Below are positions 43,418 through 52,281 of a stretch of DNA of 64,000 bases, piece by piece; the first letter of the stretch is position 1; the number at the start of each line of letters is the position of its first letter. The DNA lies in NCBI GenBank assembly GCA_035568035.1, contig DATMOU010000015.1:28026-92025 (forward strand), in the 5' to 3' direction. This DNA is from Chthoniobacterales bacterium. Its GTDB lineage: Bacteria > Verrucomicrobiota > Verrucomicrobiia > Chthoniobacterales > UBA10450. Below the pieces are notes generated by a model. That model did no database searches and was not told the origin of the DNA. It saw only the letters and a program-made list of their open reading frames with translations. Made by a program: the position numbers and the translations under genes.

Positions 43418-43662
43418 TAGGGATGGATGCGGTGTTCGGTCAGGAATCTCTCCAGCGCGTCGGTGTCAAAATTGGCCAGGACATGGTCGCCTGCCACAAA
43501 TGTCGGCACGTAAGTCTGCTCCGAGAGCTGCTTCATCTCCTCGTAAGCCAGCCGGTCTTCGCCGACATCGATCTCGACGAACTTGTAGCCGCGCGCTTCC
43601 AAATACTCCTTGGCGTCGATGCACCACGAACACCATTCGCGGCTGTAGAGCTTTAGTTCCAT
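43417..43662 (-). CDS. glutaredoxin/NrdH-like small redoxin
   Basis: MELKLYSREWCSWCIDAKEYLEARGYKFVEIDV.. with a CxxC motif in glutaredoxin-fold context. The frame is open to 43701. Confidence 0.8.
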   Translation of the reverse strand: MELKLYSREWCSWCIDAKEYLEARGYKFVEIDVGEDRLAYEEMKQLSEQTYVPTFVAGDHVLANFDTDALERFLTEHRIHP

Positions 43663-43710
43663 GAGCGGCGGAAATAAACGCGGTGCGGCGCGACCCGTCA
43701 ATACGTTCGC

Positions 43711-45237
43711 TCAATAAGACTTTGCCCAGACCACCCGCTTGGCGCTCGGTTCACCGGTGAAAATGCATTTGCCGGGCTCACCTTCGCCAAAAGGAATCAA
43801 CCGGATCGTCACTTTCAGATCATTCTTGATCTGCTCTTCGACTTTGCGGGAGCCGTTCCAATACGCGAGGGCAAAACCGCCATGAATCTCCGGTTTGTTC
43901 AGATTTTTGGAGGTGAAGAAATCGTAAAATGCCTCTTTCGATTGTATCACCTGAGTGTTCTCTTCCTGAAACTTCTTCGCGCGATCGTAAAGATTTTGCT
44001 GGATCGACGTCAGCATTTCGGATGCGGTCGCGGCGAATTCCTGCATCGACATCGATTGCTTCGACTTACCCGATTGGTCGCGCCGCGAAACTTCGACTGA
44101 ACTTTTCTCCAGGTCGCGCGGACCAATCTCCACTCGAATCGGCACACCCTTCTTGATCCACTCCCAGTTTTTCGCGCCGCCACCCAGATCACGTTTGTCT
44201 ACCTCCACTTCGACCGGGGCATCGGCGAAATGTTTCCCCCGCAAATGCAACGCGAGCGCGTCGCATGTCTCTAAAACCTTGGCCCGCGTTTCCTCTTTGG
44301 GCGTGATCGGCAAGATTACGATTTGGGTCGGTGCGACACGGGGCGGCAACACGAGACCGTCGTCATCACTGTGCATCATAACCACCGTACCGACCATGCG
44401 CGTCGTCATTCCCCAGCTCGTAGTCCAGCCAAATTCCTGTTTGCCTTCCCGGTTCTGAAATTGAATTCCACTCGCCCTGGCAAAATTTTGGCCAAGAAAA
44501 TGCGAAGTGCCGGCCTGGATCGCCTTTCGATCTTGGACCATCGCTTCGAGCGTCAGCGTTTCGACCGCACCCGGAAACTTTTCACTTTCGGACTTGGCCC
44601 CGGTGAAAATCGGGACGGCGAGATGTTCGCGGGCGAACTTTGCGTAGACCTCGAGAATCAGCGTCGCTTCCGCGCGCGCCTGCTGCTCGGTTTCGTGGAC
44701 GGTGTGGCCTTCCTGCCAGAGAAACTCGGTGGTTCGCAAAAACAAACGGGGCCGCATTTCCCAGCGGACGACATTTGCCCACTGATTCAAAAGAATTGGC
44801 AAATCACGATATGATTGCACCCACTTCGCGTAACTCGCGCCAATGATCGTCTCGGAAGTCGGCCGCACCACGAGCGGCTCGCTCAAAGGGCTGCCTGGTT
44901 TCAATTTTCCGTCCGCATCCGCTTCCAATCGCGTGTGCGTGACGACCGCACATTCCTTGGCGAAGCCTTTCACGTGCTCGGCTTCTTTCGCGAAATAACT
45001 AAGCGGGATGAACAGCGGGAAGTAGGCATTGCGGTGGCCGGTGGCCCGAAACATCGCATCGAGCTGACGCTGCATATTCTCCCAAATCCCGTAGCCCCAT
45101 GGCCGGATAACCATGCAACCGCGAACCTCGCTCGGCTCGGCCAGCTCGGCGGCGCGAACGACTTGCTGGTACCATTCCGGAAAATCCTGGTCGCGCCGCG
45201 GACTGATTGCAGTCTTTTGTTCGGACGTCTTTGTCAT
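43711..45237 (-). CDS. proS: proline--tRNA ligase (archaeal/eukaryote-like type)
   Basis: ..FPEWYQQVVRAAELAE.SEVRGCMVIRPWGYGIWE.., class II aaRS motifs, and the C-terminal ..VWAKSY end typical of this ProRS type. Confidence 0.9.
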   Translation of the reverse strand: MTKTSEQKTAISPRRDQDFPEWYQQVVRAAELAEPSEVRGCMVIRPWGYGIWENMQRQLDAMFRATGHRNAYFPLFIPLSYFAKEAEHVKGFAKECAVVTHTRLEADADGKLKPGSPLSEPLVVRPTSETIIGASYAKWVQSYRDLPILLNQWANVVRWEMRPRLFLRTTEFLWQEGHTVHETEQQARAEATLILEVYAKFAREHLAVPIFTGAKSESEKFPGAVETLTLEAMVQDRKAIQAGTSHFLGQNFARASGIQFQNREGKQEFGWTTSWGMTTRMVGTVVMMHSDDDGLVLPPRVAPTQIVILPITPKEETRAKVLETCDALALHLRGKHFADAPVEVEVDKRDLGGGAKNWEWIKKGVPIRVEIGPRDLEKSSVEVSRRDQSGKSKQSMSMQEFAATASEMLTSIQQNLYDRAKKFQEENTQVIQSKEAFYDFFTSKNLNKPEIHGGFALAYWNGSRKVEEQIKNDLKVTIRLIPFGEGEPGKCIFTGEPSAKRVVWAKSY

Positions 45238-45326
45238 CGAAGAGAACGAATTAAGCTTGCGTCGACGAAATGGCTAGCTGCCTTTTTTGTAACCTTTTCG
45301 CAAAGCCGGGGTCTCTATTTCAAGTT

Positions 45327-45668
45327 ATGAGAATCAAATCACTGATCACCATGTCGATCCTGATTAGCGCCCTCCAACTTTCACCGGTTGTCTTTGGACA
45401 AGGCGCGAATAACGGCGCGCCCGGACGCGGCGGCCGCTGGCAGCAGCGTTTGGCAAATCTTTCACCCGAAGAGCGGGAGAAATTGAAAGCGGCGCGGCAA
45501 AAGGCAATGCAGGATCCAGGCGTCCAAGCCGCTCACGAAAAAATGCGGCAAGCCCGCGAGGATTTTGTCACGTCGATGCGTGCAGCAATGCTCAAGGCCG
45601 ATCCAACGATTCAGCCTGTGCTGGACAAAATTCCGAAAGCTGGCCGCGGCGAAAGGGACGAAGATTAA
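45327..45668 (+). CDS. secreted hypothetical helical protein (Spy/CpxP-like flavour)
   Basis: Signal peptide MRIKSLITMSILISALQLSPVVFG, then a Lys/Glu/Ala-rich helical region (..LSPEEREKLKAARQKAMQD..). Confidence 0.5.
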   Translation: MRIKSLITMSILISALQLSPVVFGQGANNGAPGRGGRWQQRLANLSPEEREKLKAARQKAMQDPGVQAAHEKMRQAREDFVTSMRAAMLKADPTIQPVLDKIPKAGRGERDED

Positions 45669-45684
45669 TCAGCTAAGCCGGGCG

Positions 45685-46308
45685 TCAGCGTGACACCAGC
45701 GCATCGGCCCGCTCGGCATATCCGCCGGCAAAATCGATCGTGCAAACCGTGCGATATCGCGCGTGCGGAGCGAACGCCGCGCCGGCATAATTGAATTTGG
45801 GATTGAAAATGTTCTTCCGATGGCCACGCGAGCGAACGCCGTCATCGATGATCAAAGCCAACACGACGCCGCGAGCAGTCTTCTGACTGTAGGAAATGTT
45901 TTCGCCCCAAGTGGAACTCCACGAACCGTAGCGGCTGATTCGTTCACCGGGACTGCTGTGATCGTTCCCGTCATGGCCGAGCTGGCCGGTAACTTGTTCC
46001 GCGCAATGGTCGGCTGCAGCGCGACACATTCCGGACGAAAGCGATAATGGCGGCAGTGGGCGCGCTTTAGCCAGGAACCGGACGGCTTCGTCGACCGCGC
46101 GTCCGTGCTCGATCATGTGAAACGGCCGGGATTCGGCGGCGAACGCGGCGTACAGCTTGGGATTTTCCCGGGCAAGATTGAGCTCGCGGACAACGGCTGA
46201 AGAGGAAATCTCCTCCTGCTCTGGGGCGGGGGAATTCTCTTTGGCGTGAGTGAAGTTGGCGGTAAAAAGGGCGGCGGCTAGAATTGCGAGGCGCATTATA
46301 ATTTCCAT
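45685..46308 (-). CDS. CAP (SCP/PR-1-like) domain-containing secreted protein
   Basis: Signal peptide from ATG 46308 (AAGGTG lies 5 nt upstream). ..GHDG..S.GERI..YG....WGENI.. and ..GHRKNI.. CAP motifs. Confidence 0.75.
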   Translation of the reverse strand: MEIIMRLAILAAALFTANFTHAKENSPAPEQEEISSSAVVRELNLARENPKLYAAFAAESRPFHMIEHGRAVDEAVRFLAKARPLPPLSLSSGMCRAAADHCAEQVTGQLGHDGNDHSSPGERISRYGSWSSTWGENISYSQKTARGVVLALIIDDGVRSRGHRKNIFNPKFNYAGAAFAPHARYRTVCTIDFAGGYAERADALVSR

Positions 46309-46348
46309 AGAGCACCTTTGATGCCCGAAACGCCCCTGATTCCGCTGG

Positions 46349-46377
46349 TTGACAGTCGCCCACTCGACCAGTAGTTT
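46349..46377 (+). promoter_or_regulatory. sigma70-type promoter for rplM-rpsI (TTGACA-17 nt-TAGTTT)
   Basis: TTGACA at 46349-46354, a 17-nt spacer, and TAGTTT at 46372-46377, 22 nt upstream of the rplM ATG. Confidence 0.5.
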
Positions 46378-46399
46378 CCGTGCCCTTTTCCAATCGCTG

Positions 46400-46831
46400 A
46401 TGAAAACTTTTTCCGCCAAGGCCAATGAGGTCGACCGTAAATGGTGGCTGATTGACGCCAAAGATCAGGTGCTTGGCCATGTTGCCGTTAAAGCTGCGAC
46501 ACTGTTGCGCGGAAAAGAGAAGGCGATTTTCACGCCACACGTCGACACCGGTGATTTCGTGATTGTGATTAACGCCGGCAAGGTCCGCGTGTCAGGCAAG
46601 AAAGAGGAACAGAAAAGCTTCATGAGTTTTTCCGGATACGTCGGCGGACATAAATCCGAGAACGTCGGCTCCCGCCGCGTCCGCCATCCGGAGCTTTTGG
46701 TTGAGCGCGCGATTCGCGGAATGATCCCGCACAATCGTCTCGGCCGCTCCGTTTACCGGAAACTGAAGGTCTATCGGGGCGAATCGCACCCGCACAGCGC
46801 GCAGCAACCCCAATCGGTCAAGCTCGCCTAA
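46400..46831 (+). CDS. rplM: 50S ribosomal protein L13
   Basis: MKTFSAKANEVDRKWWLIDAKDQVLGHVA...LRGK is the canonical L13 N-terminus. Confidence 0.93.
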   Translation: MKTFSAKANEVDRKWWLIDAKDQVLGHVAVKAATLLRGKEKAIFTPHVDTGDFVIVINAGKVRVSGKKEEQKSFMSFSGYVGGHKSENVGSRRVRHPELLVERAIRGMIPHNRLGRSVYRKLKVYRGESHPHSAQQPQSVKLA

Positions 46832-46841
46832 CGAATCGTTT

Positions 46842-47237
46842 ATGGCTCACACGCAGGAATTTATCGCCACCGGGCGCCGCAAGACTTCGGTTGCACGGAT
46901 TCGAATGACTCCCGGCAGCGGCAAGATCGACATCAACGGCCGAAATTTTGAAGATTATTTTCCAACCGTTCCGCTGCAGAACATTGTTCTCCAACCGTTG
47001 CAGGCAGCGAAGGTAGTTAACACTTACGACGTTTCCGTTAACGCCAGCGGCGGCGGTGCGACAGGTCAGGCTGGAGCGACCCGCCTGGCAATTGCTCGCG
47101 CATTGCTGCAAACGGATCCAAACCTTCGCGGGGGATTGAAAACTGAAGGCTTGCTTCGACGCGATCCGCGGATGAAGGAGCGAAAGAAATCCGGCCAGCC
47201 CGGAGCCCGCAAACGCTTCCAGTTCTCGAAGCGCTAA
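46842..47237 (+). CDS. rpsI: 30S ribosomal protein S9
   Basis: ..GRRKTSVARIRM.PGSGKI.INGR.. and the C-terminal ..ARKRFQFSKR. Confidence 0.95.
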   Translation: MAHTQEFIATGRRKTSVARIRMTPGSGKIDINGRNFEDYFPTVPLQNIVLQPLQAAKVVNTYDVSVNASGGGATGQAGATRLAIARALLQTDPNLRGGLKTEGLLRRDPRMKERKKSGQPGARKRFQFSKR

Positions 47238-47252
47238 TTTTCTTCTTTGTTT

Positions 47253-47277
47253 GTAGGGGCAATCGACCCAATCGCCC
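47253..47277. repeat. degenerate family-A REP core
   Basis: GTAGGGGCAATCGACCCAATCGCCC, compared with GTAGGGGCGATTGACCTCAATCGCC at 8261-8285. Lies just after the rpsI stop. Confidence 0.45.
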
Positions 47278-47287
47278 GCCTCTCTCC

Positions 47288-48316
47288 TTACTTCGGCTTA
47301 TTTGGCGTCGGCGCGCCAGTTGAAGGTTGCGGTGGCACGGGTGCTGCAGGCGCCGCTGGAGGTGCGCTAGGTGCAGCGATCAACGGCGGAGCGCCGAGAG
47401 CTGCCGGCGACGCGGCTGGAGGTTTGGGTTGCCCCGGCGGTTTCAAAGAACGCAAATGACGCATTGCTTCCGCCGCCCAGACTGTTTCCATCCGATCGTC
47501 GCGGGTAGCAGCTGTGTCCATCGGCTGTCCAGGCATCCGGTATTTCGTAAGGATTTCTTCGCAAACCCGGCGCGCGTCTTCGATTCGATTCTTCGCCTTT
47601 AACAGCGGAACTTCGGAAATCATTGCGAGCGGCGCGCTATAACTATTTGGATACCGGACCGCGACTTGTTGATAAATCGCGAGCGCTTCGTCGTTCTTGC
47701 CCATCGCCTCCAGATTCCCCGCCATCATCAGCTGCGCCGTAGGCGCGAACTCGTGCTCCGGGTTCTTGTCGATGAAGGCCTGCAAAGTGGTGTTCGCCTC
47801 AGCGAACTTCTTTTCATTCCTCTGCTTCTCCGCTAGAAGAAGATAGGCGCTCGCGCACGCCGGCGTGCTCGGATAACGCGCAATGACATCCTGATATTCC
47901 TGCGCCGTCTTGGCGCTGCCTAACAGTTCCGCAGCCTTCGCATCTCGTTGGTTCGCGTAAAACCGATAGCCGGCATACCCGATCATTGCCAGAATGGCAA
48001 TCACCAGCGCAGCCGCGATTTCCTTCTGGAATCGCAACCAGAAAACTTGCGCTTCAACGGAAGGGTCGCTGGTTGTTGGCGGGGCTGTCGGCATTACGAG
48101 ATCGGTCTTATAATCGCGTTTGGGGTCGCGCGAGTTTGCTCTTATGCCACGCGAAGGTTTGGCGCGCAAGTCCTCCGCCCTGAGCGCGAGATCCGACCAG
48201 CCAGCCGAGCCGGGCTTAACGCCGCTTGCGTTGGCGTCCGCCTTTTTCCGCTGCTCTTTCGACAGACTCGCCAATTCGTCTTCCGGCGATAAAATTTTGG
48301 ATATGAATGCCTTCAC
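47288..48316 (-). CDS. membrane-anchored TPR-like protein (YfgM-like architecture) with a Pro/Ala-rich tail
   Basis: Single TM helix (AAALVIAILAMIGYAGY) followed by TPR-like helical repeats and a C-terminal PPAAPAAPVPP tail. The start is uncertain (alternative ATG 48094). Confidence 0.7.
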   Translation of the reverse strand: MKAFISKILSPEDELASLSKEQRKKADANASGVKPGSAGWSDLALRAEDLRAKPSRGIRANSRDPKRDYKTDLVMPTAPPTTSDPSVEAQVFWLRFQKEIAAALVIAILAMIGYAGYRFYANQRDAKAAELLGSAKTAQEYQDVIARYPSTPACASAYLLLAEKQRNEKKFAEANTTLQAFIDKNPEHEFAPTAQLMMAGNLEAMGKNDEALAIYQQVAVRYPNSYSAPLAMISEVPLLKAKNRIEDARRVCEEILTKYRMPGQPMDTAATRDDRMETVWAAEAMRHLRSLKPPGQPKPPAASPAALGAPPLIAAPSAPPAAPAAPVPPQPSTGAPTPNKPK

Positions 48317-48815
48317 GAGTTTGCTGCAGGCACTGATCGGACCGGACGGTCAACCGAAGGATTTGACGCTGGTGCAGCTTTGTTTGCGCGCCTTCATTAT
48401 TTTTGTTCTTGGCCTCGCCATGGTGCGTATCGGAGATCGCCGATCGCTTGCCGAGAAGACCGGCTTTGACACGCTCTTTCTGGTTTTGATGGGCGCCGTT
48501 CTGGCCCGCGCGATTAACGGAAGCGCCGCGTTTCTCACCACTGTCGGTTGCGCTTTTTTTCTGATGTTAATCCATCGAATCTTTGCCTTCGTCGCTTGTC
48601 GTTCGCATGCCTTCGGCAAGTTAATCAAAGGAAGCGACGTCAAATTGGTCAGTGACGGCAAGGTCGATTGGAAGGCGATGAGACATCATCTCGTATCCAA
48701 GCATGACCTTGAAGAAGACTTGCGGCTCTGCGCCGCGACCGAAGACATAGAGAAAGTCAAAACGGCGCGGCTCGAACGTAGCGGTGACATCAGCTTTATC
48801 AAAAAGGAGTCGTAG
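48303..48815 (+). CDS. DUF421 (YetF-like) membrane protein
   Basis: N-terminal TM helices and a C-terminal soluble domain (..VKLVSDGKVDWKAMRHHLVSKHDLEEDLR..) resembling DUF421. The frame is open from 48120. Confidence 0.6.
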   Translation: MNAFTSLLQALIGPDGQPKDLTLVQLCLRAFIIFVLGLAMVRIGDRRSLAEKTGFDTLFLVLMGAVLARAINGSAAFLTTVGCAFFLMLIHRIFAFVACRSHAFGKLIKGSDVKLVSDGKVDWKAMRHHLVSKHDLEEDLRLCAATEDIEKVKTARLERSGDISFIKKES

Positions 48816-48880
48816 CTCGATTTGATGTTTTTCTGACTTCAACGTTGGACGTTCGGCGTTCGACGTTCGACGTTTGCTTC

Positions 48881-49951
48881 GTGATCCCGCACGACAAGCT
48901 TTTCACTCCCGGGCCAGTTGAAGTTTCGGCCAAGACGATGGCCGCATTTTCCCGGCCAATGATCGGGCATCGCGGTGAAGATTTTAAAAATCTCTACCGG
49001 GAGATTCATCCTGGACTGCAAACCCTCTTCGGGACCAAGGAGCCGGTTTTTCTTTCAACGTCATCCGCGTGGGGCGTGATGGAAGCTTCGATCCGGAACC
49101 TGGTGGACCGCGGCGCGCTTTGTTGCATGTGCGGTGCGTTTTCCGATAAATGGCTCGATGTCGCGCGACGCTGCGGCAAAAACGCCGAGCCACTTCAGGT
49201 CGACTGGGGAAAACACATCGACCCTAAAGATCTAGATCGCGCGCTCGCGTCCGGAAAATTCGACACCGTCACGTTAATTCATAACGAGACCTCCACCGGT
49301 GTGATGAATCCGTTGCCGGAGATCTGCTGCACGCTCGCCAAGTATCCTGACATCGTTCTGATTCTCGACACGGTCTCGTCTTTTTCCGGCATGAAGATCG
49401 AGATGGACTCCCTCGGGATCGACGTGATGCTTACCGGCTCGCAAAAAGCCCTCGCGTTGCCGCCTGGCTTTTCCTTGTTCTCCGTTTCAGGAAAGGCCTT
49501 CGCTCGTGCGGAGAAGCAAAAGGATCGTGGCTACTACTTCGATTTTCTCGAATTCAAAAAACAACAAGCGAACTGGATGACGCCAACGACGCCGAGCATC
49601 GGCCACATCTTCGCTCTTCAATCGAAGCTTGAGGAAATTTTCGAAGAAGGGCTGGATGCACGCTACGCGCGACACGCCCGCACCAACGCGCTCGTTCACG
49701 AATGGGTGAAACGAACCGGTTTTGATTTCTTTGCAGAAGAAGGATTTCGATCAAAGACGCTAACCTGCGTCGCGAATAACAAGAACATCGACGTTCTCGA
49801 TCTTGCGCGGCGACTGCGCGAAAAACATCACCTCGTCATCGATCCTGGATACGGCAAACTGCGCGGAAAAACATTTCGCCTTTCCAACATGGGCGACGAA
49901 ACCGAAGAAACGGTTTCGCACCTGGTCGCGCGTCTGGACGACTGCCTATAG
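48881..49951 (+). CDS. class V aminotransferase (alanine-glyoxylate / serine-pyruvate aminotransferase-like)
   Basis: ..LFTPGPVEV.. N-terminus and the PLP-lysine context ..LTGSQKALA.. The start is GTG 48881 or TTG 48845. The upstream 36 nt are a tandem ACGTTCG word repeat. Confidence 0.82.
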   Translation: MIPHDKLFTPGPVEVSAKTMAAFSRPMIGHRGEDFKNLYREIHPGLQTLFGTKEPVFLSTSSAWGVMEASIRNLVDRGALCCMCGAFSDKWLDVARRCGKNAEPLQVDWGKHIDPKDLDRALASGKFDTVTLIHNETSTGVMNPLPEICCTLAKYPDIVLILDTVSSFSGMKIEMDSLGIDVMLTGSQKALALPPGFSLFSVSGKAFARAEKQKDRGYYFDFLEFKKQQANWMTPTTPSIGHIFALQSKLEEIFEEGLDARYARHARTNALVHEWVKRTGFDFFAEEGFRSKTLTCVANNKNIDVLDLARRLREKHHLVIDPGYGKLRGKTFRLSNMGDETEETVSHLVARLDDCL

Positions 49952-50431
49952 TCAGAACCAGCGTCGGACGCGACGTTTGTAGCTTAAGTATTCCTCTCCG
50001 AATTTTCGCTCGAGATACTGCTCTTCCTTTGTGATGACGAAACGATCCGTCAGGACGATCCCGATCGGGACGGCGAGCAGCATCCAGACAGAATTCACAA
50101 GGAATGCGACACCGAGTGTCCATAGACCGAATCCCACGTACATCGGGTTTCGACTGAAACGATAGATTCCGTGCGAAACGATCCGCATTGTCGGATTAAA
50201 AGGAATCGGGTCCGTCCCCGCGCGACGCTGGGTAAGGAATCCAACAATGTTTAAAGCCAAGCCGGCGGCGATAAGCACCGATCCAATTATCCATCGTACC
50301 GGGCGGTAAACGAAACCTGTTGGCGCCAGCTTGTCGGCAACAAAAGCGACGGCCAATGGAAGAACAAACAGGAGCGGCGGAGGAATCACGATGCCGGGTT
50401 TGTCTTCTTGAGGTGGGAGCATGGCGGCCAT
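49952..50431 (-). CDS. isoprenylcysteine carboxyl methyltransferase (ICMT/PEMT-like) family membrane protein
   Basis: ..HGIYRFSRNPMYVGFGLW.. signature. 159 aa with four or five TM helices. Confidence 0.8.
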   Translation of the reverse strand: MAAMLPPQEDKPGIVIPPPLLFVLPLAVAFVADKLAPTGFVYRPVRWIIGSVLIAAGLALNIVGFLTQRRAGTDPIPFNPTMRIVSHGIYRFSRNPMYVGFGLWTLGVAFLVNSVWMLLAVPIGIVLTDRFVITKEEQYLERKFGEEYLSYKRRVRRWF

Positions 50432-50467
50432 CGAAAAAAAATCTGTGGTGGAGTTGCACTCGTCAAT

Positions 50468-50512
50468 GAGAGAAAAAAGCGAAGGGCGCCCTCGTTTCCG
50501 AAGACGCCCTTC
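50468..50512 (-). terminator. rho-independent terminator of rnpB
   Basis: Minus-strand GAAGGGCG-(16 nt)-CGCCCTTC stem followed by GCTTTTTTCTCTC. Confidence 0.75.
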
Positions 50513-50855
50513 ATATTTAGATGGCGGTAAGCCGAATTCTGTCGTGGATGATCATTTATCTAAGCGACATACCCGAGGATTAAATCGGACCGGCTGCCCT
50601 TCCTCTGTTTTGTCTTGCACCGCATGGGGTTTTTCGTGCCTCGCGGATTGCTCCGCGAGCGGTGAGCTCTTACCTCGCCTTTTCACCCTTGCCTGCGCTT
50701 CTTTCAAAGAACCGGCGGTGTCTTTTCTGTGACACTTTCCGTCAACGCCCGCTTTCGCGAACGCCGCCCGCGTATTCTACGCGGCATGCTGCCGTATGGT
50801 GTTCGGACTTTCCTCCAGCGAATCCCGCGATTCACCAGCGATCATCTGCCATCGA
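50513..50855 (-). ncRNA. rnpB: RNase P RNA (bacterial type A)
   Basis: Minus strand carries the universal blocks GGAGGAAAGTCCGAACACC (P4 5' side), AAGGGTGAAAAGGCGAGGTAAGAGCTCACCG (J11/12-P12 region) and CACGACAGAATTCGGCTTACCGCC (P4 3' side). P1 pairs GATGGC with GCCATC and P2 pairs GATGATC with GATCATC. The region has no credible ORF. Ends are accurate to about +/-5 nt. Confidence 0.93.
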
Positions 50856-50859
50856 TCGT

Positions 50860-50868
50860 ATTCTAGCA
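50860..50868 (-). promoter_or_regulatory. extended -10 promoter of rnpB (TGCTAGAAT)
   Basis: TGn-TAGAAT lies 5-7 nt upstream of the predicted 5' end of P1. Confidence 0.55.
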
Positions 50869-50900
50869 CATTCCGGTCTCACTGCATTGGCAGAGAGTCA

Positions 50901-51554
50901 TCAGGGAGATGATCCGCCGATTCCAACCAGGGCGAGACGGGTCCCGTCCTCCGACAGTCGGAGATGCAATGGCCATGAGGCCTTATTGTCGACGTGGTAA
51001 GAGCACTTCAAATCACGCGTCTCTGGGTCAAAGCTTTGAATGTAGGTTGTCGGGTACTTTCGCTCCCGTTTGCCGCCCAGCTCGTTAATCCGCGAGACCT
51101 CTTCCATCGTCAGACCGCTCCTTTCCGCGTAAAAGGAAATCGGGAACGGGCCAAGATCATTGGGGAAAACCAAGGCAAGATTCTTCCACTTTTCCTGACT
51201 CTTCGAAGTTCGAACGAACAGACAAGCCGACGGAGGATCAATCACCACCAGCAGAGGTCCGGCTTGATAAACCTGCGGCTCAACTCCGTCTGACACATCC
51301 CCAAACCATTCGATCTCATCCGATCCCGGCGGGCGATATCCGGCACGCTGCGAAAAACCATGTTCGCTCCGGTCGCGCCTGTCTCCGTCGATGATTAAAG
51401 TGCCGTGATTCGCCAAAGGTATTTCCCGCCAAAGAACAATCTGCGACTCTTTGTTGAATAGCGACACGCCGACGAACAGTGCGACGACGCCAAGGATCGG
51501 CAGCACGACCACAATCCCGGCCACGATAATGCCTATCTTGATTCCGCGAGACAT
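50901..51554 (-). CDS. hypothetical membrane-anchored protein
   Basis: 217-aa ORF with an N-terminal TM helix (IKIGIIVAGIVVVLPILGVVALFVGV). No family recognised. Confidence 0.55.
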   Translation of the reverse strand: MSRGIKIGIIVAGIVVVLPILGVVALFVGVSLFNKESQIVLWREIPLANHGTLIIDGDRRDRSEHGFSQRAGYRPPGSDEIEWFGDVSDGVEPQVYQAGPLLVVIDPPSACLFVRTSKSQEKWKNLALVFPNDLGPFPISFYAERSGLTMEEVSRINELGGKRERKYPTTYIQSFDPETRDLKCSYHVDNKASWPLHLRLSEDGTRLALVGIGGSSP

Positions 51555-51721
51555 CTGTCGTGCTCAGGACTGCAAGCTTTGTACCATCGAAAGAAATCTC
51601 ATCGGTTAGTCGACGCCGGGCTTTGCCGACGCCGACCGGCAAGAACAATTTTCAATCGGCGGTGCCTCGGAAGCCACCAGCGAGTTCATCCCAAGTGCTG
51701 CTGAAATTTCGCCGCAATATT

Positions 51722-51749
51722 TTGACCGCACTGTTGCCAATCCTATAGT
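51722..51749 (+). promoter_or_regulatory. sigma70-type promoter for the peroxiredoxin-acnA operon (TTGACC-16 nt-TATAGT)
   Basis: TTGACC at 51722-51727 and TATAGT at 51744-51749. A GGAGG Shine-Dalgarno sequence at 51774-51778 sits 8 nt before ATG 51787. Confidence 0.55.
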
Positions 51750-51786
51750 GAATTTCCCCCGAATGAACTCAACGGAGGACTTACCT

Positions 51787-52281
51787 ATGCCACTTGCAGT
51801 TGGAACCAAAGCGCCCGATTTCAATCTCTCGACCAAGACCGCCGACGGCCCCAAGAAAATTAAGTTGAGCGACAATTTCGGAAAGAAGAACGCCGTGCTG
51901 CTTTTCTTTCCGATGGCCTTCACCGGCACCTGCACGGAAGAAATGTGTAGCACGACCAGGGAGCTCCCGAGTTACAAGGGAATGAACGCGGTTGTCTACG
52001 GCATCAGCGGCGATAATCCATTCGCGCAAGAAGCCTGGGCGAAAAAAGAAAACATCGATGTAACGCTGTTAAGCGACTACGAGCACAAGACCGCCAAAGA
52101 TTACGGCGTTGTTTACGATTCGTTTCTGCCGCAGATCAATCTCGGCATGGGCGGCGTACCGAAACGTTCCGCGTTCGTGATCGATACAAACGGCGTCATT
52201 CAGTACGCCGAGAGTAACGACGACGCGAACCAACTGCCGAACTTCGATAAAATCAAAGCAAGACTGGCGGAGCTAAAGTGA
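51787..52281 (+). CDS. peroxiredoxin (AhpC/TSA-redoxin family)
   Basis: [14 protein letters not shown].....[25 protein letters not shown].. shows the typical Prx active-site context. The frame is open from 51748. Confidence 0.88.
   Translation: MPLAVGTKAPDFNLSTKTADGPKKIKLSDNFGKKNAVLLFFPMAFTGTCTEEMCSTTRELPSYKGMNAVVYGISGDNPFAQEAWAKKENIDVTLLSDYEHKTAKDYGVVYDSFLPQINLGMGGVPKRSAFVIDTNGVIQYAESNDDANQLPNFDKIKARLAELK

Noticed and set aside
48303-48316. 14-nt head-to-head overlap of the divergent TPR and DUF421 start codons.
   Set aside because: It is most likely an artefact of taking the longest ORF for the TPR gene. An internal ATG at 48094, just before the TM helix, removes the overlap.
50421-51000. 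Plus-strand ORFs 50421-50732 and 50662-51000.
   Set aside because: They overlie the RNase P RNA gene on the opposite strand, and their peptide sequences have no protein-like features.
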